This document shows, one piece after another, positions 30,275 through 39,897 of a stretch of DNA of 64,000 nt. Origin of the DNA: Parcubacteria group bacterium (GTDB taxonomy: Bacteria; Patescibacteriota; Microgenomatia; UBA1400; PJMF01). Where the stretch lies: the NCBI GenBank assembly GCA_943350175.1, contig CALQZX010000001.1, positions 21,818 to 85,817 on the forward strand, read 5' to 3'. Position 1 is the stretch's first letter. Every line of letters begins with the position of its first letter. The notes under the pieces were generated by a model that saw nothing but the letters and a program-made list of their open reading frames with translations, did not search any database and was not told the origin of the DNA. Made by a program: the position numbers and the translations under genes.

Positions 30275-33232
30275 TTACACGGTTTTTTGATTCAATTCTT
30301 CCTTCAAATAACTCCCCGTAAACGACTTCTCATTTTCCGCCACTTCAGCTGGAGTGCCGTAGGCGACGACTTCGCCACCATATTCTCCACCCTCTGGACC
30401 TAGATCAATAATCCAGTCGGCGTTTTTGATTACATCGAGATTATGTTCAATCAGAATAACGGTGTTGTCTTGTTCTACTAGCTGATTGAGAACGTTGAGT
30501 AGCTTTTGAATGTCGGCAAAATGTAATCCAGTGGTTGGTTCATCTAGTAAATAAACGACATGATCGTGAGATCTAGCACTGAGCTCTTTGGCCAATTTAA
30601 CTCTTTGAGCCTCGCCTCCGCTAAGAGTTGGAGCGGGTTGACCAAGCTTTAAGTAACCAAGACCAACTTCTTTGAGGGTGGCCATTTTTTGGCGAATGTT
30701 ACTGTGATTTTTGAAAAATTCATGAGCCTCATCGATACTCATCTCCAAAACTTGGGCAATATTTTTATCTTGGTATAAAACTTGCAAAGTTTCTTCGTTG
30801 TAACGTTGACCGTGACAGACGTCACATTGGACGTATACATCTGGTAAAAATTGCATCTCAATCTTAATCTGACCTTCACCCTGACAAACTTCACAACGAC
30901 CGCCTTTAACGTTAAAACTAAAGCGACCAATTTTGTAACCGCGCATGGCAGCATCTTTACTGCGCGCAAAAATTTGACGGATGTAGTCAAAAGCTTTGGT
31001 ATAAGTGGCTGGATTGGAGCGTGGAGTTTTGCCGATTGGGCTTTGATCAATCATGCTCAATCTTTTGACTTGCGGCGGAATAGAAATGCTTTCAAGCTCA
31101 GCCAGTTTGCTGTCGTAGGAATAGCCGAGTTGTTTGGCTAAGTGATTGTGTAGAACATTGTGCAAGAGGGTTGATTTTCCAGAGCCAGAAATTCCGGTGA
31201 TGCAAGTAAGAGCGTTGAGGGGAATTTCTACATCAATGTTTTTGAGGTTGTTATGATGGGCGCCGTGGACGGCAATTTTGGCTTTTTTCTTAACGTCTTT
31301 TTCTTTGATGCTTTCTCTAGTTATATCTTTTTTTCTGGCTAAATAGCGGCCAGTCAGAGAATTTTTGGCTTGCAAAATTTCCGCATAAGAACCTTCGAAA
31401 ACTACTTCTCCACCAGCTTCACCTGCTTTGGGACCAAAGTCGACGATGTGATCAGCGGCCATCATTAGGTCGCGATCATGCTCGACGACGATGACAGTAT
31501 TGCCTTTTTTCTTGAGTTCTTGGAGGGTTTCAATCAGACGACGATTGTCCCTTTGATGAAGACCAATGGTTGGTTCATCAAGAATATAAAGCACACCCGT
31601 CAGACCAGTACCAATTTGTGAGGCCAGGCGAATTCTTTGAGCTTCTCCACCTGCTAGAGTGGCTGCTTCGCGGGCAATAGTTAGATAATTAAGTCCAACA
31701 GCGGAGAGAAATTGCAGGCGGGTTTTAATCTCTTTAAGAATTGAGGCGGCGATTTGAACTTCTTTGGCAGATAGAACACCCTGCTTTGGATCGGCAATTT
31801 TTTCTGCCCATTTCAAAGCACGATCAATGGTTAGTTTGCTAAATTGGGCGATGTTTAATTTATCAACAGTGACGGATAGAATTTCTGCTTTGAGACGATC
31901 GCCATTGCAAATTGGACAAGTTTCTTTGTGCATGAACTGGCCAATTTCACGACGAATAAATTCACTGTCAGTTTCAGAATAACGACGTTCTAAATTTTTA
32001 ATAAAACCTTCAAATTTACTTTGATAACTAGTCATATTGCCGAAGCGGTTTTCACCGACGACGTCATAAATTTTTTCACTGCCAAATAGCAAAACATCTT
32101 GTAACTCTTTAGACATGTCTTCCCATTTGGTAAGACGAAAATCACTGCCAAAATCTTCCAAAACAATTTTGACTAAACGGGCGAACCAGCCTTCATTGGT
32201 CATCATTCTGGCAAATGGGATCATAGCGCCCTCGCTCATGGTTAGAGTTGGCGCGATAATTTTGTCAGCATTAATTTTTAGAATTGAACCGAGACCATTA
32301 CAAGCGGCACAAGCCCCCTCAGGTGAGTTAAAAGAAAAAGAGCGTGGCTCTAATTCTTTGAGTGAAATTCCACAATCACTGCAGGCGAGATTTTCACTAA
32401 AGAGGAAATCTTCTATATCTTGAGGATTCTCTGGAAAAGTAAAGCTAGAATCATTAACCCAGGTGACAATAGCTAGGCCATTAGCAAGTTTGAGAGCTTC
32501 TTCAAGAGATTGGTTGAGACGACTTTTGAGTCTAGTTAATTCAGTTTGATCATCAATCTGTACTTTGCTGATGACCAGACGGTCAATGACGGCATCAATG
32601 CTATGTTTATTGGTTTTGATGAGATTCAATTCTTGATCTAGGTTGTAGATTTGGCCGTCAATTCTGGCTTTGCTATAGCCTTTTTTGACTAAGTTTTCCA
32701 ATAGTTTGTCAAATTCGCCTTTTTTTTCTTTGACGACTGGTGACATGATCATTATTTTTTGTGGTTCTTTTTTGGAGATGACAAATTTATCTTCAATCTG
32801 CTTAAAAATTTGGCTAATGATTTGATCAATGCTCTGGGTGCTAATTTCTTTGCCACAATTATGACAATGAGGGTGGCCTACTCTAGCAAAAAGCAAACGG
32901 CAGTAATCATAAATTTCTGTAATCGTGCCCACGGTAGAGCGTGGATTATGAGAAGTGGTTTTTTGATCAATGGAAATAGCTGGCGACAAGCCGTCGATTT
33001 GATCGACGTCTGGTTTGTTCATTACTCCAAGAAATTGGCGAGCATAAGAGCTAAGAGATTCGACGTAGCGACGTTGACCTTCGGCATATAAAGTATCGAA
33101 GGCTAGAGAGCTTTTACCACTACCAGAGAGACCAGTAAAAACAATTAATTTATTCTTTTCTAATTCTAAATTAATGTTTTTAAGATTGTGCTCGCGGGCA
33201 CCAGTGATTTTGATAATATTTCCCATTGACAT
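30275..33232 (-). CDS. uvrA: Excinuclease ABC subunit A
   Basis: GAREHNLKN, GLSGSGKSSLAFDT, zinc fingers, two ABC domains (LSGGEAQR). Start ATG 33232 or 33226. Confidence 0.98.
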   Translation of the reverse strand: MSMGNIIKITGAREHNLKNINLELEKNKLIVFTGLSGSGKSSLAFDTLYAEGQRRYVESLSSYARQFLGVMNKPDVDQIDGLSPAISIDQKTTSHNPRSTVGTITEIYDYCRLLFARVGHPHCHNCGKEISTQSIDQIISQIFKQIEDKFVISKKEPQKIMIMSPVVKEKKGEFDKLLENLVKKGYSKARIDGQIYNLDQELNLIKTNKHSIDAVIDRLVISKVQIDDQTELTRLKSRLNQSLEEALKLANGLAIVTWVNDSSFTFPENPQDIEDFLFSENLACSDCGISLKELEPRSFSFNSPEGACAACNGLGSILKINADKIIAPTLTMSEGAMIPFARMMTNEGWFARLVKIVLEDFGSDFRLTKWEDMSKELQDVLLFGSEKIYDVVGENRFGNMTSYQSKFEGFIKNLERRYSETDSEFIRREIGQFMHKETCPICNGDRLKAEILSVTVDKLNIAQFSKLTIDRALKWAEKIADPKQGVLSAKEVQIAASILKEIKTRLQFLSAVGLNYLTIAREAATLAGGEAQRIRLASQIGTGLTGVLYILDEPTIGLHQRDNRRLIETLQELKKKGNTVIVVEHDRDLMMAADHIVDFGPKAGEAGGEVVFEGSYAEILQAKNSLTGRYLARKKDITRESIKEKDVKKKAKIAVHGAHHNNLKNIDVEIPLNALTCITGISGSGKSTLLHNVLHNHLAKQLGYSYDSKLAELESISIPPQVKRLSMIDQSPIGKTPRSNPATYTKAFDYIRQIFARSKDAAMRGYKIGRFSFNVKGGRCEVCQGEGQIKIEMQFLPDVYVQCDVCHGQRYNEETLQVLYQDKNIAQVLEMSIDEAHEFFKNHSNIRQKMATLKEVGLGYLKLGQPAPTLSGGEAQRVKLAKELSARSHDHVVYLLDEPTTGLHFADIQKLLNVLNQLVEQDNTVILIEHNLDVIKNADWIIDLGPEGGEYGGEVVAYGTPAEVAENEKSFTGSYLKEELNQKTV

Positions 33233-33267
33233 GAGGGGAATATTATAGCCTAAAACCAAGCAAATTT

Positions 33268-33981
33268 CTAGTTAAGAGGAAGCTTCGGTTCTGTTGGCTT
33301 GTCTTTCTTTTGATTTTTGAGAATATAGATCAAAAATAAAAGCGCAGCAACAAAAGAGCCAATCATTAAGCCAATTAATAAGTTATTATTTATTTTTTTA
33401 GGAACAGCTGCTTCCTCAACTTCTGCAGGGACTTGACTAATACTTGGAGTGGCTTCTTCCTCTGTTTGTTCTGTTATAGCTTCGACTGGAATGATTGTCC
33501 CGATTTTAACCATCAGGCTTTCTCCTATGGTTAATACATTTTGGTCGCTGTCGACTGATCCAGCCAGAGTTTCTTTTTTATCAAAACTCAACTTAACTTC
33601 GCCATCTCCAGCATGCTTGAAAGAAACCTTGAGCAATTCGATGTTTTCTTTGGTACTCCAGCCCTTGCCAAGCTCTAGGCTAGTTAGAGAAATAAAGATA
33701 CTGTTGCCCTCGACTTTTTTGGAAATTTCCTGAACTGGCATTTTGGAGCTAATTGCTACGCTGAGATCTTTTATTTCTCCAGTCACATCAATTTTAAGCT
33801 GTAACGAGTTGACTTCCAAGCCTTGAGTGTTTAAATAAACCGGTACAGCAACCAAGCTATCTTTTGGTAGTTGCTCTACTTTTTCAAAGTTTAGCATTGC
33901 TGCTGGCTCTGCCGCCATGATTGGGCTTTTCAGAGAAGTAAGACATAGTAAAGTAAATAGACCAATGAGAAGTTTTTTCAT
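33268..33981 (-). CDS. Cohesin-like domain protein with signal peptide and C-terminal TM anchor
   Basis: VAVPVYLNT..VNSLQLKI, LLKVSFK..GEVKLSFD; paralogous to 36251-37003. Confidence 0.6.
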   Translation of the reverse strand: MKKLLIGLFTLLCLTSLKSPIMAAEPAAMLNFEKVEQLPKDSLVAVPVYLNTQGLEVNSLQLKIDVTGEIKDLSVAISSKMPVQEISKKVEGNSIFISLTSLELGKGWSTKENIELLKVSFKHAGDGEVKLSFDKKETLAGSVDSDQNVLTIGESLMVKIGTIIPVEAITEQTEEEATPSISQVPAEVEEAAVPKKINNNLLIGLMIGSFVAALLFLIYILKNQKKDKPTEPKLPLN

Positions 33982-33988
33982 TTTTTCC

Positions 33989-36211
33989 TTAATATGCTCT
34001 AAATTCTATATTAATAAGGCTCTTAAGTACTAACGAATAGTCAGCGATATCAACTGTTTTGTCTTTGTTAACATCGGCTTTCGCATTGTTAGTGAAGAGA
34101 TTTTTAATAACAACTGATAGATCTAATACGTTAATAAATCCGTCTTCATTTAAGTCATAAGCCAATGGAGTTGTTTTGACGCTACAATAACCCAGGCTTA
34201 TGATTTTGACTCCTTCTTGGGCTGTTGTTTGAGGAGCTTGTTTTTTAATACAAACTTCTCCTGCAGAACAATTACTATCTGAAGAACATGGCTTGTCACA
34301 TGTTTGTTTAAGGATTGGAGCAGAGCAGCCAAGTTTGTCTGGGTTGGAAATACTTCTCGATTGAACTCCATAATTACATTCTGACCAGATTGAATAATCA
34401 TATTGGCAAGAAGTAATTTGTTCACAGACATAGGTTGGACAAAAAGTTTTGGAATTAGGGTCTGTTTTAACTGATTGAATTGTCCTTATAGTGCCATTTT
34501 TACAATCGGGCACTGCGCAACTGATTGGAGTTGGGGTTTTGGTAGGTACGCTTGGTGTTGGTGTAGGAGTTTTGGTTGGAGTTGTAGTGGCAATTTGGCA
34601 AGCACTCATGTTACTAGTCCAGGTGCCACCGGCTTTTGGACAGCAATAGGTAACGTCTCCGCAAGCCTCTACTCTTCCAGCTAGGTTACACAAGCTTTCT
34701 TGAGCGCTTCCGTTAGCTTCTGGAGGATTGCAGCTACGCAACACACCATCGGTTCCAGGACACTGTTCCTTACAGACGACAGGTGTTGGAGTTGATGAAA
34801 TTGGGGCAGCTTTGCAATATTTTGCCGGCATTACCTGAGGACAAAATTTTCCTTCAGGGCACGCTTTCATAGGAGGTTGATAACAGCTGTAGCCACTAAA
34901 ACAATCTGCATTTGTTGAACAATTGATGCCCTCAGCCTGTCTACAAAAAGGAGCTGATGCACAGGCCATCGGACGTCCATTGGCGTCTTTAGAACATCCT
35001 CCTGCTGGAGTGCTAGAGCAAACATAACCACTTTGACAGTTGGAGTTTGTTTTACAACTGGTTGCTGTTGGAGTGACATTATCGATTGGAGTTGGAGTAG
35101 CTGTAATTGGTTTTTCTTTACAATATTTAGCTGGTGCTTGTGCGGACATTTTGCACATTGCTCCCTCTGGGCAAGTTGGCATTGGAGGTTGATAACAGTA
35201 TTGACCAGTTGGACAAACATCGTCAGACTTGCATCCAAGTATTTCAGTCACAGCTTCCATCTTAATGGCGATAATTAGAGGTGAAGGGGTGTTTAGGCTA
35301 TCTTGACCAGTTTTGTATAAAGTAGCTTTTGAAAAAGATGGATCTAAGTTTACAACGACATTACCCGCTGGTTCTCCAGATTTAGAAGTTTGTTTAGCCA
35401 CAAATTCAATTTTACCGAGAAGATAATCACTATTGTTACTATTAAAAGGAACACTCGTGTTCGTTAGAGTCCAAGCGAGTAAAACCTCTTTACTTAGAGA
35501 TACTTCATTTTTTACCAAAGAAAGTATCGGTTTTGTTGCCATTCTGCTATTTTCCATTTTTTGGTTTTCTTCAAAGCTGATTCCACTGTTACCAGTCACA
35601 GAAACTGCAGTAGGAATATCCTTAGCATTGCTATTCGCGCAATATTTGGCAGGCATTACTTGAGAGCACATTGCTCCCTTTGGACAAGCGGGCATAGGAG
35701 GTTGGTAACAAATTTGGCCGTTAGTACAGTTGGTATTACTCTGGCAAGTTTTTCCAGTTGGAGTTGGTGTCGAAGGCGGTGTCGAAGTTGGGGTCGAAGT
35801 TGGGGTCGAAGTTGGAGGTGTTTGAGCATCTTGCGCTGGTTTAAAACTAATGCTGTCAACTGAACTAAGACTATTTTGATCAAAAACAATTTTAGCTTGC
35901 AAGGCGTCGATATTGCTAGAGCCGGTGTTAACCAAAACATCAACGTAACAAGTTTGGCCAGCCATACAGTCAATATTTTTTTGTAATCTGATGTTGATTA
36001 GTCCGTTGGCTACCGAAGCTTGATTGCGAGTATCTTGTTTTTGACCAAGCAATATAAAAGAACTAATTGCTCCAACAGCGAGAAGCATGATGAGCGCCAC
36101 AGCAGCTAAGATCTTATTCTTATTTTTTTTGCTTCTAAAGGTTGGAACTTGAGGTGAGCTGTTTTGTTCTAAGGTGTATTGATTAATTTGATTTTCTATG
36201 GAATCTGACAT
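33989..36211 (-). CDS. Cys-rich surface protein: TM, cohesin-like domain, Cys-rich repeats, C-terminal dockerin
   Basis: VDVLVNTG..IDALQAKIVFD...LGKIEFVAK; three CYQPPMxxCPxGxxC..PAKYC repeats; duplicated Ca-binding loops DLNEDGFINVLDL and DVNKDKTVDIADY. Confidence 0.75.
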   Translation of the reverse strand: MSDSIENQINQYTLEQNSSPQVPTFRSKKNKNKILAAVALIMLLAVGAISSFILLGQKQDTRNQASVANGLINIRLQKNIDCMAGQTCYVDVLVNTGSSNIDALQAKIVFDQNSLSSVDSISFKPAQDAQTPPTSTPTSTPTSTPPSTPTPTGKTCQSNTNCTNGQICYQPPMPACPKGAMCSQVMPAKYCANSNAKDIPTAVSVTGNSGISFEENQKMENSRMATKPILSLVKNEVSLSKEVLLAWTLTNTSVPFNSNNSDYLLGKIEFVAKQTSKSGEPAGNVVVNLDPSFSKATLYKTGQDSLNTPSPLIIAIKMEAVTEILGCKSDDVCPTGQYCYQPPMPTCPEGAMCKMSAQAPAKYCKEKPITATPTPIDNVTPTATSCKTNSNCQSGYVCSSTPAGGCSKDANGRPMACASAPFCRQAEGINCSTNADCFSGYSCYQPPMKACPEGKFCPQVMPAKYCKAAPISSTPTPVVCKEQCPGTDGVLRSCNPPEANGSAQESLCNLAGRVEACGDVTYCCPKAGGTWTSNMSACQIATTTPTKTPTPTPSVPTKTPTPISCAVPDCKNGTIRTIQSVKTDPNSKTFCPTYVCEQITSCQYDYSIWSECNYGVQSRSISNPDKLGCSAPILKQTCDKPCSSDSNCSAGEVCIKKQAPQTTAQEGVKIISLGYCSVKTTPLAYDLNEDGFINVLDLSVVIKNLFTNNAKADVNKDKTVDIADYSLVLKSLINIEFRAY
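35769..35816. repeat. 12-nt tandem repeat (about 4 copies) encoding a PTST linker
   Basis: GTCGAAGTTGGG-like units. Confidence 0.7.
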
Positions 36212-36250
36212 TCTTTCATTTAATCATGAAAATAAGCTGAGAATCAAGGG

Positions 36251-37003
36251 TTAGTATGCGAGAGGTAACTCTTTCTTTTTTTTGCCTTTTAAAATATAAA
36301 GCATGGTCATAGCAACAGCGATAAATGAGCTAGTAATCGTGCCAACTAATAGGTTGTTATTTACTCTGTCAATTTTTTTATCATCATTAGCTATTATTTC
36401 TTTTTGAATTTGCTTTACTTCTGTTGGAACGATGGTTCCAACTTTTATTGAAACATCATCTCCGATAGTTATGACGTTTTCATCTGTTGCACTTGACTGC
36501 GCTGAAGTTTCTTTTTGATCGAAACTCAACCAAACTTCACCATCTTTTTCTTTGGTAAAAGTAACAGTTGCAAGTTCTGTATTCTGAGAGGTGCTCCATC
36601 CTGTATTTGCTTGCGAACTTGATAGAGATAGTAAAATATTTTTGTCGTCAATTTTCTCTGCTATTTTTTTAACTGGCATTTTTTGATTAATTTTTATGCC
36701 AAGATTACTGACTTCGCCAGTGACATTGATTTTTAAGTCTAGTGAATCTATCTCTATTTCTTGAGTATTTAAATAGATTGGCACAGAAACGAGGGTGTTT
36801 TTTGGGGCAGGAGCTATTTTTTTAAAACTAATGATGGCTCCACCGTTAAATGCTGCTTGCTGGCGATTGTCTTGTTTTTGATTGATTAAAATAAGAGAGC
36901 TGATTATTCCTAGGAGTAAAAAAAAGACCAGAATTACTCCAGCCAAAGCATTGTTTTTGTTTTTTCTATTTTTACTTTTCATAATGATTAAGTGTGTTAA
37001 CAT
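36251..37003 (-). CDS. Cohesin-like domain protein with N- and C-terminal TM helices
   Basis: TM followed by QKQDNRQQA; VSVPIYLNT..IDSLDLKINVTGE..LATVTF; paralog of 33268-33981. Confidence 0.6.
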   Translation of the reverse strand: MLTHLIIMKSKNRKNKNNALAGVILVFFLLLGIISSLILINQKQDNRQQAAFNGGAIISFKKIAPAPKNTLVSVPIYLNTQEIEIDSLDLKINVTGEVSNLGIKINQKMPVKKIAEKIDDKNILLSLSSSQANTGWSTSQNTELATVTFTKEKDGEVWLSFDQKETSAQSSATDENVITIGDDVSIKVGTIVPTEVKQIQKEIIANDDKKIDRVNNNLLVGTITSSFIAVAMTMLYILKGKKKKELPLAY

Positions 37004-37022
37004 TTAATCATATAAGAGGTTT

Positions 37023-39137
37023 CTAGACATCCTCAATCTCTTTAATTTTGTCTCTAATGATGACAGCTAGTTCAAAATCTTGATCGTTGGCAGCTTTTTT
37101 CATTTGTGTATTTAGTTTTTTAATCAAACCTTGCTTTTCACCTGGAGTCAACTCTTCTGGATTGATAGCCATGAGATTGAGTTGTTCTTTATTGGAGATT
37201 TTAAGAAGAATTCCTTTTCTATTTTCCTTATCTTGCTCGTCTTTGGTTTTGCGTTGCATTAATTTTTCACGAATTGGTTTGTTGATGCCAATTGGAGTAA
37301 TGCCGTTCTGCGAATTAAATTTTTCTTGAGTTTGACGGCGGCGCGTAGTTTCATTAATGGCAAAATCCATTGATTTCGTTATTCTGTCTGCATAAAGAAT
37401 GGCTAGACCTTCGACATGGCGCGCCGCTCTACCCATGGTCTGCACTAGAGAAGTTTTGGAGCGCAGAAAGCCTTCTTTATCAGCGTCAAGGATGGCAACT
37501 AAGCTAACTTCAGGTAGATCGAGACCTTCACGCAGCAAGTTAATGCCAACAAGAACATCATATTTACCATTACGGAGATCATCCAAAATGTCGCTACGAT
37601 CCAGAGTTTCCACATCTGAATGCAGATAAGCAACTGATGGATAACTCACTTCCTCTTTACTGAGAAATTTTTTGGCCAATTTCTCAATTTTTTCGCGATC
37701 ATTTAGATAGTCGCTCAGCGCCTCGGCCATTTTTTTGGTCAGTGTGGTGACCAAAACTCTTTGGCCGAGTTTTTTTCTTTTGATAATTTCTAGAGTAAGA
37801 TCTTCTACTTGGTTGCCGGTTGGACGAATTTCAATTTTTGGATCAAGTAGTCCAGTTGGACGAATTAGCTGCTCGACGACTCTATTTTTGCTTCTCTCCA
37901 ATTCCCATTCATTCGGAGTAGCGCTGACATATATAGATTGTTGCTTTCTTTGTAAAAACTCATGAAGTTGCAGTGGTCTGTTATCGATGGCACTTGGCAA
38001 ACGGAAACCATAATTGATCAAAGTTTCTTTGCGGGAGCGATCGCCAAAATACATACCTTTTATTTGAGGCAAACTGATGTGACTTTCATCAATGATGGTC
38101 AAAAATGAGTCGGCGCCGAATTTTTCTTGGTTATATTTGAAGTAGTCAAGCAAAGTATAAGGAGCTTCGCCTTCTTGGCGGCCATCGAAATAACGTGAAT
38201 AGTTTTCAATGCCATTAGTTGAGCCGAACTCTTCAATCATTTCCAGATCGTAATTAACTTTGTGTTCTAGACGATAGGCTTCAACGCTTTTGCCGGCCTT
38301 TTTGAGCTCTTCTACTCTCTCTGCCATGTCTTTGCGAATAGTGAGAATAGTATCTTTTTGACTTTTGGTTTCTACTACATAGTGTTTGGCTGGATAGATC
38401 AGGGCCATTTTATTCTTGTAGAATTTATTTTTTTCTTTTTCAACAACGGCACCTGAAACAGGATCAATATCTTTAATACTGATGATTTTATCTTCCAGAG
38501 TTTCAATACGAATCGCAGTATCCTGATAAGCTGGCCAGAGCTGTATAACATCGCCGCGCAGACGGTAGCTGCCGCGAAGCAGATCGGTATTACTTCTTTC
38601 GTACTGCAGATTACTAAGTTGTAGTAATAAGCTTTCGCGTTTAATTAGTTCACCCTCGACGATTTCTAGAACGAAACGGCTGTAATCAACCGGAGAACCG
38701 AGTGAATAGATACAGGAAACTGAGGCAACGATAATAACATCTTGGCGAGTCATCAGATGAGTGGTGGCGGCCAAACGCAACTTATCAATTTCTTCATTAA
38801 TAGTGGCTTCTTTTTCAATATAAGTGTCACTGCTTGGCAAATATGCTTCTGGCTGATAGTAATCGTAGTAAGAAACGAAGTAAGAAACAGCGTTTTCTGG
38901 AAAGAAATCGCGTAATTCTTGATAAAGTTGAGCGGCTAGGGTTTTGTTGTGAGCAATGACTAAAGTTGGTTTTTGAGTTCTTTCAATGACATTGGCGATA
39001 GTGAACGTTTTTCCAGAGCCGGTCACACCAAGCAAAACCTGATCTTCGACTTTTTCATTCAAGCCACTCACCAAAGCCTCAATGGCTTGAGGTTGGTCTC
39101 CGGTTGGCTGGTATTCTGAATGGAGTTTAAATTGCAT
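37023..39137 (-). CDS. uvrB: Excinuclease ABC subunit B
   Basis: PTGDQP, GVTGSGKT, HNKTLAAQL, YYDYYQPEAY, DESH, GINLLREGLDLPEV, C-terminal UVR domain. Confidence 0.98.
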   Translation of the reverse strand: MQFKLHSEYQPTGDQPQAIEALVSGLNEKVEDQVLLGVTGSGKTFTIANVIERTQKPTLVIAHNKTLAAQLYQELRDFFPENAVSYFVSYYDYYQPEAYLPSSDTYIEKEATINEEIDKLRLAATTHLMTRQDVIIVASVSCIYSLGSPVDYSRFVLEIVEGELIKRESLLLQLSNLQYERSNTDLLRGSYRLRGDVIQLWPAYQDTAIRIETLEDKIISIKDIDPVSGAVVEKEKNKFYKNKMALIYPAKHYVVETKSQKDTILTIRKDMAERVEELKKAGKSVEAYRLEHKVNYDLEMIEEFGSTNGIENYSRYFDGRQEGEAPYTLLDYFKYNQEKFGADSFLTIIDESHISLPQIKGMYFGDRSRKETLINYGFRLPSAIDNRPLQLHEFLQRKQQSIYVSATPNEWELERSKNRVVEQLIRPTGLLDPKIEIRPTGNQVEDLTLEIIKRKKLGQRVLVTTLTKKMAEALSDYLNDREKIEKLAKKFLSKEEVSYPSVAYLHSDVETLDRSDILDDLRNGKYDVLVGINLLREGLDLPEVSLVAILDADKEGFLRSKTSLVQTMGRAARHVEGLAILYADRITKSMDFAINETTRRRQTQEKFNSQNGITPIGINKPIREKLMQRKTKDEQDKENRKGILLKISNKEQLNLMAINPEELTPGEKQGLIKKLNTQMKKAANDQDFELAVIIRDKIKEIEDV

Positions 39138-39213
39138 TTTGATGTTTTTAGTCTTTTTTGGACTACTTATTATACCTTGTTTTTACTCCTGTGCGCCCTA
39201 TATACACAAAGCC

Positions 39214-39242
39214 TGGACTTTTGGTCAAGATTTACATATAAT
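39214..39242 (+). promoter_or_regulatory. Sigma70-type promoter for tRNA-Arg/tRNA-His
   Basis: TGGACT-N17-TATAAT ending 15 nt before tRNA-Arg. Confidence 0.65.
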
Positions 39243-39257
39243 TCGCGGTAGTTTCAA

Positions 39258-39331
39258 GTGCTGGTAGCTCAGCTGGATAGAGCAACTGCCTTCTAAGCAG
39301 TAGGTCGTGGGTCCGAGTCCCACCCAGCATA
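39258..39331 (+). tRNA. tRNA-Arg(TCT)
   Basis: GTGCTGG/CCAGCAT acceptor stem; ACTGC-CT-TCT-AA-GCAGT anticodon arm; T-loop TCCGAGT; CCA not encoded. Confidence 0.93.
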
Positions 39332-39383
39332 CTTTTGATTGGAATGCCTGAGTCGATTCGATTGATGGGCAATTAAAAAAAAT

Positions 39384-39459
39384 GGTGGCCATAGCTCAGT
39401 TGGTTTAGAGCGCTGCTCTGTGAAAGCAGAGGTCGCGGGTCCGAGTCCCGTTGGCCACC
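39384..39459 (+). tRNA. tRNA-His(GTG)
   Basis: G-1:C73 pair; GTGGCCA/TGGCCAC acceptor stem; CTGCT-CT-GTG-AA-AGCAG anticodon arm; T-loop TCCGAGT. Confidence 0.93.
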
Positions 39460-39494
39460 CAAAAAGATTGATTTATCGATTAAAATAAGATTTT

Positions 39495-39890
39495 ATGGCA
39501 AGAATGGAAACTGCAGAAGAGATTAGTTCTAAGTTAGCTAAAGAAGCAGAGATTGCTGTAGCCACTGCAAATCAAAGAGCTTCTGATATTGAAAGAGAAG
39601 CTATATCTAAAAACCCAAGAGCTAATGAAGTTGGTCGTTACTATGCACAAATTCATAAACTTGTTTATAGTCTTTTAGCTCCAGATCCAAGGCATTTGGC
39701 CGTGATTTATGGAAAAGAATATACACCAACAGCAGAAGAAGTTGCGAAATATGAAAGAAACTACGTCGCTAATTTAGAAGCGGCTGTTGCTGAAGCTTTT
39801 CGCAGAATTCCTCCTCCAAATGATCTCGTAAATGAAGCACGCGTTGTAGAACTCCTGTTAGATGGAAATCATAGAATTATTGCTGAATAG
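39495..39890 (+). CDS. Hypothetical helical protein
   Basis: 131-aa ATG-initiated ORF downstream of tRNA-His; no motif recognised. Confidence 0.6.
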   Translation: MARMETAEEISSKLAKEAEIAVATANQRASDIEREAISKNPRANEVGRYYAQIHKLVYSLLAPDPRHLAVIYGKEYTPTAEEVAKYERNYVANLEAAVAEAFRRIPPPNDLVNEARVVELLLDGNHRIIAE

Positions 39891-39897
39891 TTTTTAT

